A stretch of DNA of 53,087 nt from a virus (IMGVR_UViG_3300025876_000027:1-53087), one strand, 5' to 3'; shown: positions 37,621 through 46,783, numbered from the stretch's first letter. Program-made: numbers and translations. The notes: a model not told the origin generated them from the letters alone.

Positions 37621-37775
37621 TTATAAATAGTCAAAGCTAACTCTACAAAAGGTAAATACAATACGTGTATGGTATGCTTTTCATCTTCATGGTAACTTCT
37701 TACACCGAGAAGTATACCTGGATATACACCTATTTCTAATCTCCATTCATATTCTTTTTTTTCTTCTTCTAACAT
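37617..37775 (-). CDS. 52-aa hypothetical protein (not in ORF track)
   Basis: MLEEEKKEYEWRLEIGVYPGILLG...LYLPFVELALTIYK; coupled to nrdB. Confidence 0.65.
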   Translation of the reverse strand: MLEEEKKEYEWRLEIGVYPGILLGVRSYHEDEKHTIHVLYLPFVELALTIYK

Positions 37776-37936
37776 CTTATACCGTATTTATTTTGTTGTT
37801 CAACTAATTCTTTAAATATAACTTTGCCTTTGTTTTCCCAGCTCCATTTTATCCACTTATCAACTTTACGCTCTGCGTATCTTTTTCTTGCTATCCCTTT
37901 TGCTTCTGCAGGATCAACTCTACCGTGGTATCGCAT
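37769..37936 (-). CDS. 55-aa hypothetical protein (not in ORF track)
   Basis: MRYHGRVDPAEAKG...KWIKWSW...; fills the gap and overlaps both neighbours. Confidence 0.45.
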   Translation of the reverse strand: MRYHGRVDPAEAKGIARKRYAERKVDKWIKWSWENKGKVIFKELVEQQNKYGIRC

Positions 37937-38361
37937 TCTTTCTGATTTTGTGGTTTATATAATGTTACGCCTGGAAACTGCCTAACTACTAACTGCTTAA
38001 ATAATTTCCATCTCATTGGAAATGAATCATTAGCTCTACCTTTGGTTTCAATTATAAAGTTCTCTCCAATAAAGTCTGGTGTGTATTTAATAGGTAAAAT
38101 TCTTTTACAACCTCTATTAACGTAATCACCCTTACCATTAGATTGTCTTTCATAAACTTCATTATCAAAATGAAAACCGTTTAGTAAAACAAATGTCTCT
38201 CCTTCGTACTTAGCTTTAATCTTAGCTTTCCTAAGAGCTATGTACATATACTTCTCAAGACCTGAAGCAAACTTAATTCCATCATATGTTACTTTTTTAG
38301 CAACAACAGGTCCTTTTTTACGAGGCTTTTTTCTAAAGCTTTTTTTATTAGTAGCCCTCAC
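37891..38361 (-). CDS. PD-(D/E)xK endonuclease, T7 endonuclease I/resolvase-like
   Basis: FASGLE, YTPDF, IIETKG. Confidence 0.85.
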   Translation of the reverse strand: MRATNKKSFRKKPRKKGPVVAKKVTYDGIKFASGLEKYMYIALRKAKIKAKYEGETFVLLNGFHFDNEVYERQSNGKGDYVNRGCKRILPIKYTPDFIGENFIIETKGRANDSFPMRWKLFKQLVVRQFPGVTLYKPQNQKECDTTVELILQKQKG

Positions 38362-38608
38362 GTTCTTGTAGATATTTTAATGCAGCTTCTTCTATCTCAT
38401 CTGATAAGCAAAGCTTTGCAGCTTCGAGATATAATAAAGAGTCCATTAGTTCTTCTTGAACGTCAACTAAAAATCTTCTAAGATCTTTTTTCTCACCGAC
38501 TATTTCTTCCATCATAGTTGCGCCATATTTATCTTGGCCAACTAAGCTACGTTCATCCATCTTTTTTAAGACAGATAATACTACTTGGTCTTTAGTTCTG
38601 ATTTTCAT
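38348..38608 (-). CDS. Small all-alpha NTP-pyrophosphatase-like protein
   Basis: GQDKYG...QEELMDSLLY. Confidence 0.55.
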   Translation of the reverse strand: MKIRTKDQVVLSVLKKMDERSLVGQDKYGATMMEEIVGEKKDLRRFLVDVQEELMDSLLYLEAAKLCLSDEIEEAALKYLQEREGY

Positions 38609-39390
38609 TTTGTCTCTTTTACAAAGGTTCCACGTTTCATGCTGCCGCTCCTGTGCTTGATAACATTATATGCTGATTCGATACAATGCTCAATGCGAAC
38701 GCCCTCTAGATGTGCTAAGTTAGTCAAAACCACGACCATATCACCGATAGCGTCAACAATTTCTTCGTCATCATCTTTTAGTAAGGCTTCAGCAAGCTCG
38801 CCGGCCTCTTCCATAAGCTTTATGTATTGAACTTGAGATGTACCACGTTTGTGTATACCACGTTCTTTACCCCACTTACGTATAAGATCAAATATGTTTT
38901 GCTCTTTTGTTTCTATCTCGTCGTCTTTAAAGTTTTCTACAACGTCGTGGAACTCACCTTGAAAAGCTTTGTTATATATGTAGCATTTTTCTTTTGTGAA
39001 CATAGACACTTTGGCGTTGGTAATTATCCAAGGAATATTATCGCTAGTTATTGTAAAATCACCATGTGGTGTGTTCCAGGATAAACCTATGTTATCCATT
39101 AGCTGACCTTTTAGCTTGTCTACAGGGCAGGAAAACGTACTTGTTTGTTCTGTTGAATTGATTTTCATTTTATTAGATTTAGTATTTAATTCATTGTACT
39201 TACGTATATCAACCTTGTACCCATAAGACTTTTGAAGCTCTATTTCGCGGTTAGAAATGTAATCAACATCTTCTGACTGCTCAAGAACTTCGTATTCTCC
39301 CTCCTTATAGCCTTGTATAAGGGTGACGCGAGTATTAAGATTACGTGTAACGCCTATCTTTTTACCTGGAATGTGGTATAAATAATACAT
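38605..39390 (-). CDS. MazG-like pyrophosphohydrolase with N-terminal GIY-YIG-like domain
   Basis: KLMEEAGELAE...DAIGD; N-terminal YYLY...KIGVT..L..R. Confidence 0.8.
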   Translation of the reverse strand: MYYLYHIPGKKIGVTRNLNTRVTLIQGYKEGEYEVLEQSEDVDYISNREIELQKSYGYKVDIRKYNELNTKSNKMKINSTEQTSTFSCPVDKLKGQLMDNIGLSWNTPHGDFTITSDNIPWIITNAKVSMFTKEKCYIYNKAFQGEFHDVVENFKDDEIETKEQNIFDLIRKWGKERGIHKRGTSQVQYIKLMEEAGELAEALLKDDDEEIVDAIGDMVVVLTNLAHLEGVRIEHCIESAYNVIKHRSGSMKRGTFVKETK

Positions 39391-39396
39391 ATTTTT

Positions 39397-40041
39397 TTAA
39401 TTTATTTTATTATTATATAAGTGCATGTTGTGTGCGTGATGGTAATATGTTCCAACCTCATATCCTGACATCCTAGACATTAATTCCTGTATACATGAAA
39501 ATTGGTATTGATCATTACAGAAACCGTACCAGATGTCATTAGAACGCATATAGACAGACATATTTAGTTTGTTATTTAATACTGTAAACTGAACAGCATA
39601 TGTGCACGGTGTATCTGTGTTATAATCCTCATGTTCTTTACAATCATATATACTTATAGCAGCGTGCCTGGTGTTAGGATTTTTTGCTAGCTTTTCAGCT
39701 ACATAATGTAGTTGATTATTTCTATACATCTGATAGCCATAATTAGAATTAACTAATCTTTTTTCATCAGCCATCTTTTCCCATATAGGAGGTATATTAC
39801 CATAGATTTCACCTAGCTTGTCTATGCTACGATCACCAGATAAATACCATTGCCATTCAGCTTTAGCATATTTTAAACTCCAGTTTCTCTCTGTATTTAT
39901 AATATGGTTATCCATAGGATTTTCCATAGTAAAACCTACATTGAACAAAGCTTTGGTATCATCAAAGTCTTGGCCTTCTAAGAGTATTCTATCTAATAGA
40001 TACTCATATGCTTCATTTGCGTTTTTAAAATTACTTCTCAT
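39397..40041 (-). CDS. Thymidylate-synthase-family enzyme, dCMP hydroxymethylase-like
   Basis: NSNYG, PCT, YMRSNDIWYGFCND; start moved to MRSNF. Confidence 0.8.
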   Translation of the reverse strand: MRSNFKNANEAYEYLLDRILLEGQDFDDTKALFNVGFTMENPMDNHIINTERNWSLKYAKAEWQWYLSGDRSIDKLGEIYGNIPPIWEKMADEKRLVNSNYGYQMYRNNQLHYVAEKLAKNPNTRHAAISIYDCKEHEDYNTDTPCTYAVQFTVLNNKLNMSVYMRSNDIWYGFCNDQYQFSCIQELMSRMSGYEVGTYYHHAHNMHLYNNKIN

Positions 40042-40306
40042 TATTATATTTATTATAATAGTACAATTGATATTCACTAACTTTCTTCCATATCTGTGCA
40101 GAATTGTAAGGTTCAGGACTTGTTCCAATAACTTTTCTTCTACCAACAGGTCCTTTGTGTATGTCTATATACCATAATTTTTCATAAGCTTTAACTTGTC
40201 TAGGCTGAATAAGCAAATTGTTTTTGAAACACCAGTACCAAGCAGCTTCCTCCTTAGTAGACCTAGTATATTCTTGCATATCGCTTTTTCTACCTTTTAT
40301 TCCCAT
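40031..40306 (-). CDS. Hypothetical protein
   Basis: Coupled ORF. Confidence 0.65.
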   Translation of the reverse strand: MGIKGRKSDMQEYTRSTKEEAAWYWCFKNNLLIQPRQVKAYEKLWYIDIHKGPVGRRKVIGTSPEPYNSAQIWKKVSEYQLYYYNKYNNEK

Positions 40307-42012
40307 GGCATTGGTTCATCATCTTCAATAGCAGATTCATTAGGTATAAAGCAACCAGACTTTGGCTCCCATTTAAAATGAGCTTCAGCTTGGTTCTCAC
40401 CAAGGTTTTGAAACTTGACCTTTAATACCTTACACTTAACGGTTTTGTTTTCATAATCTCTATGAACTAAAAGCCCGTGATAACTAGCATCATACCACTC
40501 ACCACCACCTTTAATACTGTACATAGTAGGTTCTTCGATCTTACCATCTTTGTCTTTATACATCTTAGTTGGGTGTGCTACTACAAAAACCAACACGTCG
40601 TATTTCTTTGCAAACACTTCTATCTTAGTTAGATACTCCATTGTATAACGGTTTACATCTTCTGTTTTACAGTCGACGTCTCTGATCTTATTAAAAGGAT
40701 CAATCACTAAACACTTGATACCCTTGCGTTTAACTAGCTCAGCACCTTTTTTAAGGACTGACTCTAGTGTATAACGTTCCATATCAATATGAAAGTAATT
40801 ACTATTACAATGATCTGCTACTTGATTCCATTTGTCTGTACCAATATCTTCTTTACTAGGCATACCCTGCCAAGTCTTACGCATAAGCTTATGTGCATGT
40901 AGATATGTAGGTACATTTTCAGGAGATGCAAACGCAGTCTTCCAACCATAGTTAGCATTATAACCTACAACCATTTGGTCTACAAAGTCTGACTTACCAG
41001 ACGATGGTATACCAGTGACAGTTATAAACTGACCTGTGTAGGTAGAAAATATTCTGTCAAAGTTTGATAAACCAACTTGATAACCTTTCTTAAAACCGTG
41101 ACGAACAAAGTCAGTGATATCATCTTCGATATCTTTAAATGTTGTTACGTTTTCTAAAGGTACAGGTCGTGAGTTAGTTATACGTTCTAATAACTTCGTC
41201 TTACCATACTTCTGTAAATATTCATTAGCATCTTTGCAGTCTTCAAAAGACGCAAGGTAACATACTTCGGAACCTAATCGACGGATGAGCTCCGCCTGTA
41301 GTGCTTGCCCAGCTTCATCTGAGTCAACTGCTAGTATGATTTTTTCTTTGTCTTCAAAGTAATCAATACAAGCATCTAAGTATTCTAGGTTGTTTGAATT
41401 AAGTGTAGCGCCATTAGGAACTGATATGGCATTTGTTACACCAGCTTCATGTAAAGCTAGCACATCCATCTCACCCTCGACAAGCACACAGGTATCAAAA
41501 CCTATTATACTGTTTATATTATAGAACACTTTTTCAGCGCCCTTAAATAATTTAAAGTTCTTCCTACCATCTCTGTATTTGATGTTAATGAGTTGATCAC
41601 CCATCATGTAGTTGAACTTTATTACGTTCTCGGTTTTACCGGTCTGAGGCATAAACTCAGGACCCTCACCAACATTTAAGTCAGTGAGAGTCTTCTGAGA
41701 AATACCTCTTGTCTTAAACCATTCTACAACTTTTGTTCCAATAGGTTTTTCGTTGTTTACCCGCACTTCGGGACGAACGTAAACCTTTTCAGATGCACCC
41801 TTACGTTGGTAAGTGTGAAGTTGAAATGATGTATCACAGTTGTGACAAGTACCGAGACCACGTTCCCAATCATATGAAGCGCATTTAAGCTTTTGCTTCT
41901 TGGGTTGTCTGTCAGAGGAGCACAAAGGACATGTGCCTTGAGCTTTACCCTCTTCCAAACCATATTGATTGAACTCGTCAATCAAGAATCCATTGATCTC
42001 TGTTGTTTGCAT
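40297..42012 (-). CDS. Primase-helicase (T7 gp4/Twinkle-like)
   Basis: CPLC..CHNC zinc finger, EGEMD and DSD TOPRIM, GIPSSGKS, VIDP, VAHP. Confidence 0.95.
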   Translation of the reverse strand: MQTTEINGFLIDEFNQYGLEEGKAQGTCPLCSSDRQPKKQKLKCASYDWERGLGTCHNCDTSFQLHTYQRKGASEKVYVRPEVRVNNEKPIGTKVVEWFKTRGISQKTLTDLNVGEGPEFMPQTGKTENVIKFNYMMGDQLINIKYRDGRKNFKLFKGAEKVFYNINSIIGFDTCVLVEGEMDVLALHEAGVTNAISVPNGATLNSNNLEYLDACIDYFEDKEKIILAVDSDEAGQALQAELIRRLGSEVCYLASFEDCKDANEYLQKYGKTKLLERITNSRPVPLENVTTFKDIEDDITDFVRHGFKKGYQVGLSNFDRIFSTYTGQFITVTGIPSSGKSDFVDQMVVGYNANYGWKTAFASPENVPTYLHAHKLMRKTWQGMPSKEDIGTDKWNQVADHCNSNYFHIDMERYTLESVLKKGAELVKRKGIKCLVIDPFNKIRDVDCKTEDVNRYTMEYLTKIEVFAKKYDVLVFVVAHPTKMYKDKDGKIEEPTMYSIKGGGEWYDASYHGLLVHRDYENKTVKCKVLKVKFQNLGENQAEAHFKWEPKSGCFIPNESAIEDDEPMPWE

Positions 42013-42066
42013 TTAATTTAATTTAAGTCTTCAATTGTTATTGAGAAAAATATATCTAGTCGTTTG

Positions 42067-42372
42067 TTAAAACGGTAGATCTTCTACAACCTGCTTAGGC
42101 TGTGCAGCCTGAGGTTGATCAGTGCGAGGAGCAGTAGCAACATTGTCGCCATTAGTCCAAACCACTTTTACATTACCGAGATAAGTCTTAGGAGTTTTAG
42201 CATCACGCTCTTCCTTAGACTGCTCTACAACAACTGGGCCTTGGTTACCATAGGTATCCACCTCGTCGTTTAATGTAATCGTAATAGGTAAATACTTACC
42301 TTTTTTACCAACATAAATTTTCTCCTTTGGGATATCGTTTAAGTTGATACTTGCTTTAATAATACTTGCCAT
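42067..42372 (-). CDS. Putative single-stranded DNA-binding protein
   Basis: GKKGKYL, YLGN, acidic EDLPF tail. Confidence 0.75.
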   Translation of the reverse strand: MASIIKASINLNDIPKEKIYVGKKGKYLPITITLNDEVDTYGNQGPVVVEQSKEERDAKTPKTYLGNVKVVWTNGDNVATAPRTDQPQAAQPKQVVEDLPF

Positions 42373-42374
42373 AA

Positions 42375-43106
42375 TTAAAGGGTTTTGTTAATAAAATAGT
42401 TACTTGGATTAAAATCCGGGTTATCGAAGAATAAATTATAAGCAGCCACTGCTTCCTGAACCTTATCCTCTCCACGAGAGATAAATTTATCAGAGCAATC
42501 ATATATGCCTATTTGATGAGTGGTCTTACAGATGACAATAAATATCATCTCATACCCAAATAGTTTTTGATATATATAAGATTGGCTATTATAATTATAT
42601 CGCTCCGCTGAGTATTTGAACTTAGAAATATCAGCAGTAGTCTTAAGGTCAATGATTAATTTCTCATCATGATTTAAAATGTCTGCCTTACCTTTCCAAA
42701 GCTTACCAAATAGCTCAGTAATCCCAGGTACTTCGTACTCTACGTTCTTTGCACGAATTAATTCCTCACAAATCTTATTAGACATCATCTTGTCTATTAA
42801 TATTTCTGTTTGGTCTACCTCGTGTTGTAGTAAGCAAAGTTCTCCGTCTGAGATCTCTTTATACGCTTTAGTATTTCTAGTTGTTGCTTGTATAATCTTA
42901 AAGCTCTTAAGTTTTTCAGGCTCAAGTATTGCTGTATGAAAATACCCGCCAATTAAAAATGCTGGTATTGGTACCATCTGGTCACCTAGCGATAAAGGAT
43001 TTGTTAAAAGCTTAGAGATATCAGAGTTGCTCAAGAACTGCTTCCCGAACGCACCATAATAGTGTTCGTCTTCTCTAAGTTTATCTAACTGTTGTTGTCG
43101 TGTCAT
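42375..43106 (-). CDS. PD-(D/E)xK exonuclease (RecE/DUF3799-like)
   Basis: LSNS, G..FH..ILEP, KGKAD, IDLKT, Y..Q..Y. Confidence 0.85.
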   Translation of the reverse strand: MTRQQQLDKLREDEHYYGAFGKQFLSNSDISKLLTNPLSLGDQMVPIPAFLIGGYFHTAILEPEKLKSFKIIQATTRNTKAYKEISDGELCLLQHEVDQTEILIDKMMSNKICEELIRAKNVEYEVPGITELFGKLWKGKADILNHDEKLIIDLKTTADISKFKYSAERYNYNSQSYIYQKLFGYEMIFIVICKTTHQIGIYDCSDKFISRGEDKVQEAVAAYNLFFDNPDFNPSNYFINKTL

Positions 43107-43609
43107 TATAGAGTTTTTAAAGTAGCAGCGGGTATTTTATATTTAGATTTAATTGCTTCTAACTTACCGCCTTCTGCTAAAAACTTTTTAGCTTTTTCTA
43201 AAGCTTCACCTTTTAATTCAGGTTTAGTACCAGCGTCATCATCTTTGGTATCATCTATTAAAAATAGATTACCAAGTGAATACTTCTTAGCATATGATGA
43301 TGCAGTACCGAAACGCTGTGGCATTGCCATACCTTTTTGTGTTATATCTACACCAACGATAGCGGTTGCGTGTATAGCATTTTCACCATCAGATATAGTA
43401 GCCTTAGACTCTATCATAGGAAACATACCATCAGCGGATAATATAGTTTCGTTAATAGTAACGTACACTTTAAGCTCATCTAAAAATGGTTTTATAGCTT
43501 CAAGAATATCTTCGGCACTACGATAATTGTAGTCACCGAATTTGTTATATCTGCTTTTTTTAGCTTTAAGATTTGTTTGGATTGTTATTAGTTTTAGGTT
43601 TATGTTCAT
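43106..43609 (-). CDS. ERF-family ssDNA annealing protein
   Basis: YNYRSAEDI, Q.FGTASSYAKKY.L..LF.IDD.KDDD. Confidence 0.88.
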   Translation of the reverse strand: MNINLKLITIQTNLKAKKSRYNKFGDYNYRSAEDILEAIKPFLDELKVYVTINETILSADGMFPMIESKATISDGENAIHATAIVGVDITQKGMAMPQRFGTASSYAKKYSLGNLFLIDDTKDDDAGTKPELKGEALEKAKKFLAEGGKLEAIKSKYKIPAATLKTL

Positions 43610-43612
43610 GGT

Positions 43613-43643
43613 ATTATAATTACAGGTTATTGGTTGGTTTTAC
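43613..43643 (-). promoter_or_regulatory. Putative class II promoter for the recombination/replication operon
   Basis: GTAAAA-N13-TGTAATTATAAT, nearly identical to the site at 51528. Confidence 0.65.
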
Positions 43644-43662
43644 TGTGTTTAAGTTAGTTAAC

Positions 43663-44415
43663 TCATAGATAATCAAGCACTTGCGAGTGGTCAACATTGT
43701 CTATTAATTTTTGAACTGCTTGCTTTTTCATCTCTGATATACGTACGTAATCGCTTATGCCTTTTATATTTAGTAACTTTGCTATGTCTTTAGCTGAGTG
43801 CTTGTCACAATCGAGACCGTAAGATAGACGTAAAACTTCATATTCTGTATCATTTAAATGTTTTTTCATTAAACTTTTTAAATAAACATTCATCAGTGGT
43901 ATGTTATATGGCTCTGATTCATCAGGTATTTGATACATCATGTTGTCATCATCATCATTTACTTGAGCATCAATACTTAAAAATATACTATTAAAGAACA
44001 TTGCAACCATTGTTTTGTCTTTCGGGTTGCTACGTATCTCGTTAAGCTTATGTTCTGGTATTCTCATATCACCGCGAGCCATATCAATTCTACGTCTAAT
44101 GTTACCCTTGATACGTTTACTAAGAAAAGATTTTAATGTTTTCTCTATATCGTCAGATAACCTTAGCTTAGTCCAGTCTAATTTGTCTACAGCTTTTACT
44201 AGTCCTTCGTTACCGATCTGTAGTATATCATTGATACTCAGCACACCAGACGCTTGTTGTGACGTTGAAAATTTTCTCGCTAAGTTTTCTACTAGTGGCA
44301 TAAATACTATTATAAGTTCGTCTCTTGTATATTGGTCGTAATCTTTTTTATCAGGCATACATGCAATTAAATCCTCTTTGTAGCGGACATAATTAGGTAC
44401 GTTATATTTTTTCAT
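43663..44415 (-). CDS. Sigma70-family RNA polymerase sigma factor
   Basis: PLVENLARKF, DILQIGNEGLVKAVDK, MRIP, EVLRLSYGL..IAKLL region 4. Confidence 0.92.
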   Translation of the reverse strand: MKKYNVPNYVRYKEDLIACMPDKKDYDQYTRDELIIVFMPLVENLARKFSTSQQASGVLSINDILQIGNEGLVKAVDKLDWTKLRLSDDIEKTLKSFLSKRIKGNIRRRIDMARGDMRIPEHKLNEIRSNPKDKTMVAMFFNSIFLSIDAQVNDDDDNMMYQIPDESEPYNIPLMNVYLKSLMKKHLNDTEYEVLRLSYGLDCDKHSAKDIAKLLNIKGISDYVRISEMKKQAVQKLIDNVDHSQVLDYL

Positions 44416-45032
44416 ATCTCTTTATTTAATAGTTCTTTTTCTTTTTTAAGATCCATACCCATATTTCTATGGATAGTTCTTGAAGAACAATTAAGTAAAC
44501 CAGATAATGTTTCTATCGTTATAATTTCGCCTAAGTCGTGTATATCTAACATGCATTGGTATATATCATCTTCGTGTATACTCTTAGATCGTCCAACCAT
44601 TTGACCTACTATTTGCAACTTCTGTTCTAAAGATAGTCCAGAAAATTCCTTAAATAAAATTTTGCGTAGTTTATTTTTAGGTGGTTTATCAAGATCACAC
44701 ATGCTTACCTCATAAATCATAGTGTTTATCAACTGTTCTGATACTTCAAAAGTTACAAAGCCATTTGGCTTGTGTATCAAATGCTTACACACTATTTTAA
44801 AATTATCTTGTGTTAAGTCTGGATTTAAATACCAAAGAACTAGCATGTGCCACTTAAGAGATTTGTAAGTTGTAATCTTAGCCTTACTTCTGAAAAGCTC
44901 ATAACACTCGTGTGTGCCATTCTCGTAGTAACTACCCCAGTCGTATACCTTAGTAGGTATATCTGTTATAGGTTCTCTACGGTATATGATACGCTTAGCG
45001 TTAAAGTATTTCATATTTCTCTCGTGTGACAT
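44412..45032 (-). CDS. Putative Rep-like protein with C-terminal HTH
   Basis: ITIETLSGLLNCSSRTIHRN HTH; helical PriCT-like middle. Confidence 0.55.
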   Translation of the reverse strand: MSHERNMKYFNAKRIIYRREPITDIPTKVYDWGSYYENGTHECYELFRSKAKITTYKSLKWHMLVLWYLNPDLTQDNFKIVCKHLIHKPNGFVTFEVSEQLINTMIYEVSMCDLDKPPKNKLRKILFKEFSGLSLEQKLQIVGQMVGRSKSIHEDDIYQCMLDIHDLGEIITIETLSGLLNCSSRTIHRNMGMDLKKEKELLNKEI

Positions 45033-45072
45033 AAGCCCCTTACTATTTATCCTCTAATAGGCTATTGTCACA
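45025..45072. repeat. 48-bp inverted-repeat element, copy 1 (opposite orientation)
   Basis: TGTGACATAAGCC...GGCTATTGTCACA; overlaps the ATG of 44412..45032. Confidence 0.85.
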
Positions 45073-45189
45073 TTTAATAACATCTAGCGTTTCAAACACA
45101 ATATGATTATCAAGATAATCTAAAGCACTATTATACAAAAGTATTTCTTTAGTTTCTAATTTATTAAAAAATTTCTTAGTATGTTTCAT
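45043..45189 (-). CDS. 48-aa hypothetical protein (not in ORF track)
   Basis: MKHTKKFFNK...SLLEDK fills the gap. Confidence 0.5.
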   Translation of the reverse strand: MKHTKKFFNKLETKEILLYNSALDYLDNHIVFETLDVIKCDNSLLEDK

Positions 45190-45328
45190 CAATCTTTTTA
45201 TCTATTATATCTGTAATGTTATTTACTAACTCACTAGTTTTCATGCGCTTATCTTTATAAGATAATAGCACATACCTAATACTACAAACCAGATCTTCTA
45301 CATCTGCATCTAATTTATATTTTACCAT
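45176..45328 (-). CDS. Hypothetical protein
   Basis: Start moved to MVKYKL, next to the upstream stop. Confidence 0.6.
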   Translation of the reverse strand: MVKYKLDADVEDLVCSIRYVLLSYKDKRMKTSELVNNITDIIDKKIDETY

Positions 45329-45329
45329 A

Positions 45330-45626
45330 TTATATATTTTTAAAGTTTTCTTGGTTACGTTCATTGATTGCTTCTGCTAGCTCATCATAGTCTGCTAATT
45401 CAGTAAAATGACGGGCATATTCCATAGCTTTTGGTACAGACATAGGTTGCAGCGGTGTGTCTATCATCAGACCATCAAGCAGATACTCATCTACTATATG
45501 TTTTACCTCATCTGCATCTAATGGATTATAAAACTCTACACCATCGAATAGCTCAAGCATTATTTTCCAGGTTGCGTAGTTAGCCCAACCATTATATTTG
45601 TTTTCATTTAATGTCTCTAGACTCAT
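45330..45626 (-). CDS. Phage early protein with YNGWxNYxTW motif
   Basis: YNGWANYATWKIML. Confidence 0.75.
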   Translation of the reverse strand: MSLETLNENKYNGWANYATWKIMLELFDGVEFYNPLDADEVKHIVDEYLLDGLMIDTPLQPMSVPKAMEYARHFTELADYDELAEAINERNQENFKNI

Positions 45627-45870
45627 GACTAATATATTTATGATTAAACTTACCTTTTAATATATACTTATTAAGGAACTTACCTTTAGATAACGACGTA
45701 CGTAGACCTTCAAACATGAACGCAGGTACTTCATCATACTCATAACAACTATTGTTTTTGAATACAATACGTAGCTTGTAATCTGTATAGTAATACTCAG
45801 CAGACTTGATAGCATCAGAGTTAACTTGTATAAGTTGATAGGGTAATATGCTTTTTTTTCTTTTTTCCAT
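45604..45870 (-). CDS. KTSC-domain protein
   Basis: S.AI....Y.....L.IVF.N...YEY..VP...F......SKGKF.N..I. Confidence 0.85.
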   Translation of the reverse strand: MEKRKKSILPYQLIQVNSDAIKSAEYYYTDYKLRIVFKNNSCYEYDEVPAFMFEGLRTSLSKGKFLNKYILKGKFNHKYISHESRDIK

Positions 45871-45888
45871 AGTTTATTTATTTATATT

Positions 45889-45922
45889 TATTATCCAAAG
45901 TGTATCGTATTCTAATCGTATT
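45889..45922 (-). promoter_or_regulatory. Class I (early) promoter motif, copy 1
   Basis: + strand TATTATCCA-aagtgta-TCGTATT-ctaa-TCGTATT. Confidence 0.8.
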
Positions 45923-46028
45923 AAAATAAACCACCCATATCGTCTCTACAATCAGGACAGATGTCACAAAAATGGTGCTCTTCCTCTGTCATAGCTTTTT
46001 CACACAATTCGCAAGAATTATCTATCAT
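45921..46028 (-). CDS. 35-aa zinc-finger peptide (not in ORF track)
   Basis: MIDNSCELCEK...FCDICPDCRDD. Confidence 0.65.
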   Translation of the reverse strand: MIDNSCELCEKAMTEEEHHFCDICPDCRDDMGGLF

Positions 46029-46225
46029 GGTCGTATTAATTTTAAACCTAGCTCTTTAGCTACGTAGTTAATATGTTTTTGAGTTGTTTGGCTCCAGTTT
46101 TTCCATTGAAGTAGTTCGAAAGGTTTCACAGTAGCAACGTGAGTTGTGTAGCTAATCACTTTGTCATCAATAAGCATTAAGTTTTCTTTATACTTATCAA
46201 ACTTTTTTATATTTAAATCATTCAT
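46025..46225 (-). CDS. Small phage early protein
   Basis: SYTTHVA...WSQTTQKHIN. Confidence 0.75.
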   Translation of the reverse strand: MNDLNIKKFDKYKENLMLIDDKVISYTTHVATVKPFELLQWKNWSQTTQKHINYVAKELGLKLIRP

Positions 46226-46734
46226 ATTCTATCAGGGTTAATTTTTATATCACTATCAGAGCCAACCATCCATGTACACTTATCTGTGTTGTGGCCTTTG
46301 CCACACAAAAAAGCTTGACAAACCTGAGATTCAGGATTCCAGTTAGAGTTATCTATATTGTATCTATATACATCACCGTTGTTAAAGTCTAACACCCATA
46401 GGTATCTTGCTATAACAGAACGAGATAAGTTATGTTGTCTTAATAATCTTTCAACTATTTGATACTGATTCACATACTCTTGGTCTATGTAATTACCTTT
46501 AGCATTCATCTCATGTAGTTGATCATGTACTTTATTGTGGTATACTGCAGTTGAGTGATCACTAGCTATATAATCGCCTATACTTTTGTAACTCATACGA
46601 GTATTGTTTCTAAGATAACCACATAGCATACGCTTAGCCTTGATTATTTCCATACGCCTGCCTTTGTTTTTCATCTGGTCAGGAGTTACACCATTTAGGT
46701 GTGCTATCTCTTTAAATACTAAATCTATATTCAT
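46222..46734 (-). CDS. Protein with N-terminal DnaA domain IV-like HTH
   Basis: GRRMEIIKAKRM..YLR...MSYKSIG....DHSTAVY matches the DnaA C-terminal R..i..aR...YL.....Sl..IG...DHtTV pattern. Confidence 0.8.
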   Translation of the reverse strand: MNIDLVFKEIAHLNGVTPDQMKNKGRRMEIIKAKRMLCGYLRNNTRMSYKSIGDYIASDHSTAVYHNKVHDQLHEMNAKGNYIDQEYVNQYQIVERLLRQHNLSRSVIARYLWVLDFNNGDVYRYNIDNSNWNPESQVCQAFLCGKGHNTDKCTWMVGSDSDIKINPDRI

Positions 46735-46749
46735 ATTGTTTATTTATTA

Positions 46750-46783
46750 TATTATCCAAATCTCTTCGTATTTAGATCGTACG
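46750..46783 (-). promoter_or_regulatory. Class I promoter motif, copy 2
   Basis: TATTATCCA-aatctct-TCGTATT-taga-TCGTACG. Confidence 0.8.
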
